The translations under genes were made by a program, and so were the position numbers. Positions 60,687 through 64,000 of a DNA stretch of 64,000 nucleotides are shown here, in pieces; the first letter of the stretch is position 1; each line of letters begins with the position of its first letter. Under the pieces are notes generated by a model. That model did not search any database and was not told the DNA's origin. It was given only the letters and a program-made list of their open reading frames with translations. This DNA comes from an uncultured Bacteroidota bacterium (GTDB lineage Bacteria; Bacteroidota; Bacteroidia; Chitinophagales; Chitinophagaceae): contig CAIVEH010000136.1 in assembly GCA_903904855.1 (NCBI GenBank), positions 1,168 through 65,167 on the forward strand. The letters run 5' to 3'.

Positions 60687-62957
60687 ATGAAAATAATGTT
60701 ACCCGGAATTTTTCTGGCCTTCGTTTTTATCTGTCTGGGTGGTATGTGGGCAAATGCCCAAACCCCTGATCCGGGTTTATTGGGTACGCATACTGTTATA
60801 AAGGCAGAATATAATCTGGGTGATACAGCTTATCTGCCACCTGCTGCAGCAATGTTCCCCAAAAAAATGGAAGTAATAGGCTCAGTGCATTATCCATCCG
60901 ATTTGAGTACGGGACCATTCCCTGTAATTTTGTTTTTGCATGGCAGGCACTCTACTTGTTACAATCTCACTACATTAAACGATAACAGCAACTGGCCCTG
61001 CCCTTCCGGACAGGCTCCGATTACCAGTTATGAAGGGTATGATTACCTGGCCAAAACAATGGCAAGCCACGGTTATATAGTTATCTCAATTTCAGCAAAT
61101 TCTATTAATGCAATTGATGGAGGTCTTTCCGACGCTGGTATGAATGCAAGGGGAGTGCTGGTGCAGCACCATTTTGACCTTTGGAAAGGATGGAGTACAA
61201 CCGACACCTCAGGACCTTTTCATAGCCTGTTTGTGGGTAAACTGAATATGCAGAACATTGGCACCATGGGCCATTCGCGTGGTGGGGAGGGAGTTGTTTT
61301 TAATGCTGAGTATAATGCATCTCTTGGATCTCCTTATGGCATTAAAGCTGTATTCACCCTTGCGCCGGTTGATTTTTCCCGGCATGTGCTGCATGGCATA
61401 CCACTTCTTGATCTGTCGCCCTATTGCGACGGTGATGTGAGTGACCTCCAGGGAGTTCACTTTTACGATGATGCAAGGTATTCAGACCCAACTGATGCTG
61501 CGCCCAAACATCATGTACTGATGATGGGTGCCGACCATGATTTATTCAATACAGTATGGACCCCCGGCTCTTATATTGCCGGCGGTTTTGATGACTGGTT
61601 ATATAGTTACTCCAATACTGCACCCTGGTGCGGAGCAGGAGCTCCAGGTACAGGCCGTTTTGATACCACAGTGCAGAAGGCTGCGCTCAATGCCTATCTT
61701 CCGGCATTTTTCAGGGTGTATATCGGGCATGAAAACCAGTTTGCCCCCATTTTGTTTACAGACAGCATTGCCCCGCCTGCATCCTCTATGCTGGACACTG
61801 GCCAGGTGTATGTATCCTATCATGCCAGTAAATACAACCGGCTTGACCTGAACCGCACCGACAGTCTGAACCGGATGACAACCAATACGCTTACAGGCAC
61901 CGTAACCGAAAGCGGCCTTGTGTCATCGCAGGTATGTGGCAACTATCTTATGGAACCCGATTGCGGTGTAACTACCAGTTCAGCCAAAAAACCACATAAT
62001 GGAAGTACTGGTACCCTAGGTGTATCGATGATGGGTATGCAATGGAACGACAGTACAGATTACTACATGAATACTATTCCTCAGGCATACCAAAACATCT
62101 CGGCATATACGCATCTTAGTTTTCGCACATCAGTCAATTTTGCTTCGGTAGTTACATGGCCAAACCTGAATTTTACTGTTGAACTGATAGATTCCCTTGG
62201 CGATTCTTCCAGGCAGGTAGTGGCCAACTATACCAATGCATTATTCCGCCAGCCAGGTACACAGACCGGCGACTTGCCCAAATTAATGCTCAATACGGTT
62301 AAAATTCCTTTGAACAAATTCACAGGTATCAATATGGCCAAAGTAAGAAAGGTCAAGTTCCTGTTCAACAAATCAGCTACAGGCTCAATTTTCGTGAGTG
62401 ATATTTCTTTCACAAATCCGGTGTGTGGCACTTTTACTACTAATTTCAAAGACAGTCTTGTTCATAATACCTACAAGGTGATATTTACCAATACCTCTGT
62501 TGCCGGCAATGGTGATTCTCTGCGGTATAGCTGGAATTTCGGTCAGCCGGGTTCGGGTGTTAATGACACCTCTTCACTTACAAACCCCATCCATATTTAT
62601 TCGGCAACAGGTACTTATACCATTTGCCTCCACGTTATTTCCTATCAGAAGAACGATTTCATTTGTGTAGATTCAATTTGCAAGACTATTGTAATACCTG
62701 CACGTACAGGAGTGCCCGTTTATCAGCAACCACAGATCACTATATATCCTAACCCCGCGAAAAATTACCTGGTCATCAACGGAGCTGAGCCAGCTGATGT
62801 ACTTACGCTGGTAAACCTTTATGGCCAGGTGGTATTCAAAACCGCAATTTCGGGTCAGAATATACCACTACCCGAAAGTCTGCCATCCGGAGTGTATTCA
62901 GCTGTTATTACTACCGGTTATGGTAAGGTGGTGAAGAAACTGGTAATTGAGCGGTAA
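60687..62957 (+). CDS. Secreted alpha/beta hydrolase with a PKD domain, T9SS cargo
   Basis: LFLHGRH, GHSRGG nucleophile elbow, CDGDVSD, ADHDLFN; WNFG PKD motif; CTD IYPNPA...KKLVIER. Confidence 0.8.
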   Translation: MKIMLPGIFLAFVFICLGGMWANAQTPDPGLLGTHTVIKAEYNLGDTAYLPPAAAMFPKKMEVIGSVHYPSDLSTGPFPVILFLHGRHSTCYNLTTLNDNSNWPCPSGQAPITSYEGYDYLAKTMASHGYIVISISANSINAIDGGLSDAGMNARGVLVQHHFDLWKGWSTTDTSGPFHSLFVGKLNMQNIGTMGHSRGGEGVVFNAEYNASLGSPYGIKAVFTLAPVDFSRHVLHGIPLLDLSPYCDGDVSDLQGVHFYDDARYSDPTDAAPKHHVLMMGADHDLFNTVWTPGSYIAGGFDDWLYSYSNTAPWCGAGAPGTGRFDTTVQKAALNAYLPAFFRVYIGHENQFAPILFTDSIAPPASSMLDTGQVYVSYHASKYNRLDLNRTDSLNRMTTNTLTGTVTESGLVSSQVCGNYLMEPDCGVTTSSAKKPHNGSTGTLGVSMMGMQWNDSTDYYMNTIPQAYQNISAYTHLSFRTSVNFASVVTWPNLNFTVELIDSLGDSSRQVVANYTNALFRQPGTQTGDLPKLMLNTVKIPLNKFTGINMAKVRKVKFLFNKSATGSIFVSDISFTNPVCGTFTTNFKDSLVHNTYKVIFTNTSVAGNGDSLRYSWNFGQPGSGVNDTSSLTNPIHIYSATGTYTICLHVISYQKNDFICVDSICKTIVIPARTGVPVYQQPQITIYPNPAKNYLVINGAEPADVLTLVNLYGQVVFKTAISGQNIPLPESLPSGVYSAVITTGYGKVVKKLVIER

Positions 62958-62983
62958 TTGAAATCAGTCACCCCCGGCTTTTT

Positions 62984-63583
62984 TTAATTCACTGTAATTT
63001 TAGTTGCCGGGTGCACTTCCCAGCAAGTTGCCCGCTCAATATTGGTGCCATTAGGGCTGTCGGCAAACGATACTGGTTTGTGCACCAGGTCGCAGAAAAG
63101 CCAGCCTTCTACGGTTATGTTATGTTTCATTAGCATTTTCTTCAGTTCCGCAGTAGTCGCTCCGTTAAATACATGTTTCCGCATTCTGGGTGTTACTTCC
63201 ACCACTACGCGATATTTTTTATCTTTTTCGACTGAACTAACCACCAGTTCTATATGGGTGTCCTTATCTTTTTTGGCTTTGCAATTACAAGACTCAGGCC
63301 CTCCCTGTTTCACATTGATGCAATACCCTGAGATCCTTACTGCCGTTTTCTTCGGGAAGTTTTTTACTGCCTTTTTATTAGCCATCACACTGAGTGTATA
63401 ACTGTTGTCGAAGGTCACCGGCATATCCGACCTGTTTTTGTAAGGATTGATTTCATACTCAACAGTACCGGGCCTAGCAGTGCCTTCCAGGCCGCATTCT
63501 ATGTTGTCATCAAGTTTAATATGCTCCTGGCTGTAGCTGGAAAATGAAATCAGGGACAATAAAACAAGTAGCAGCTTCTTCAT
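62984..63583 (-). CDS. Exported hypothetical protein
   Basis: Signal peptide; motifs ECGLEG, SCNC..DTHIEL, VEVTPR, GWLFCD, WEVHP. Confidence 0.75.
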   Translation of the reverse strand: MKKLLLVLLSLISFSSYSQEHIKLDDNIECGLEGTARPGTVEYEINPYKNRSDMPVTFDNSYTLSVMANKKAVKNFPKKTAVRISGYCINVKQGGPESCNCKAKKDKDTHIELVVSSVEKDKKYRVVVEVTPRMRKHVFNGATTAELKKMLMKHNITVEGWLFCDLVHKPVSFADSPNGTNIERATCWEVHPATKITVN

Positions 63584-63759
63584 GATTTTTAAATTATGGT
63601 TCTAAGTTCGGTAATTTATTCGTCCCGCCACCTCATTTATGTATGATTAAATGATGGCTTTGCGTGCTTAATTTTATGGGATATACATATAGTACTACCA
63701 AATCGACATTATAAATCGGTATTGGTATTCTTTGCGGCCTTAAAAATGACATTTGCATA

Positions 63760-63846
63760 TTGCGCCTTCGCGCCTTAGCGTGAGATTTTTTCATGCCGCT
63801 CTTTATAGTCTATTCGGTATAAACACAATTGCGCCTTGGCCTGAGA
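63760..63846. repeat. Short GCGCCTT-type repeats
   Basis: TTGCGCCTTCGCGCCTTAGCGTGAGA (63760-63785) and TTGCGCCTTGGCCTGAGA (63829-63846). Confidence 0.45.
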
Positions 63847-63948
63847 CATTTAGTGTGCAATTTTGTCTATAGGAGTGTTTTCAGTCAGTATTTCCTAAAT
63901 TAACACCTCCGTTTTTCATTTATTCCTTAGCTTTATACAAACATTCAT

Positions 63949-64000
63949 ATGGAAGCGCAGACATACAATTCTTTGATTCCCGGCGGTGGTTTTCTGATTC
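63949..64000 (+). CDS. 5' end of a gene running off the window (possibly acyl-CoA dehydrogenase)
   Basis: MEAQTYNSLIPGGGFLI. Only 17 codons visible; the GGxFL N-terminus resembles Bacteroidota acyl-CoA dehydrogenases. Confidence 0.3.
   Translation, partial: MEAQTYNSLIPGGGFLI

Noticed and set aside
1-64000. tRNA, rRNA, riboswitches, prophage or IS elements
   Set aside because: No recognisable signatures by eye; a covariance-model scan would be needed to exclude small RNAs.

Overview
Chromosomal window from a Bacteroidota bacterium, most like the Chitinophagales (inferred from T9SS cargo, PorP/SprF, RprY-like regulator, TAnnTTTG promoter motifs). No rRNA, tRNA, CRISPR array, intact transposase or integrase was seen. 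About 44% of the window encodes nine T9SS-secreted proteins: Ig-repeat surface proteins, three metzincin proteases, an alpha/beta hydrolase and a type-B cargo with its PorP partner. These are interleaved with housekeeping genes (ilvE, amn, punA, proline dehydrogenase, miaE, mqnE, cyclophilin). The strongest candidate system (22.6-40.8 kb) is an ECF sigma factor plus a putative dual-membrane-spanning anti-sigma factor. It lies directly upstream of three tandem Cys-paired Ig-repeat T9SS proteins, which share an ~88-aa repeat I cannot name, followed by a PagL-like deacylase and a GT-C-like membrane protein. Other oddities: heptamer and palindromic repeat DNA translated in frame inside an ABC ATPase; a RelBE-like TA pair bracketed by two covarying copies of one hairpin; an MNT-HEPN pair with a frameshifted toxin; an apparently decaying FIST/hybrid-kinase operon; and an acidic heptad-repeat membrane protein. 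All family assignments come from motif recognition by eye; no database searches were run.
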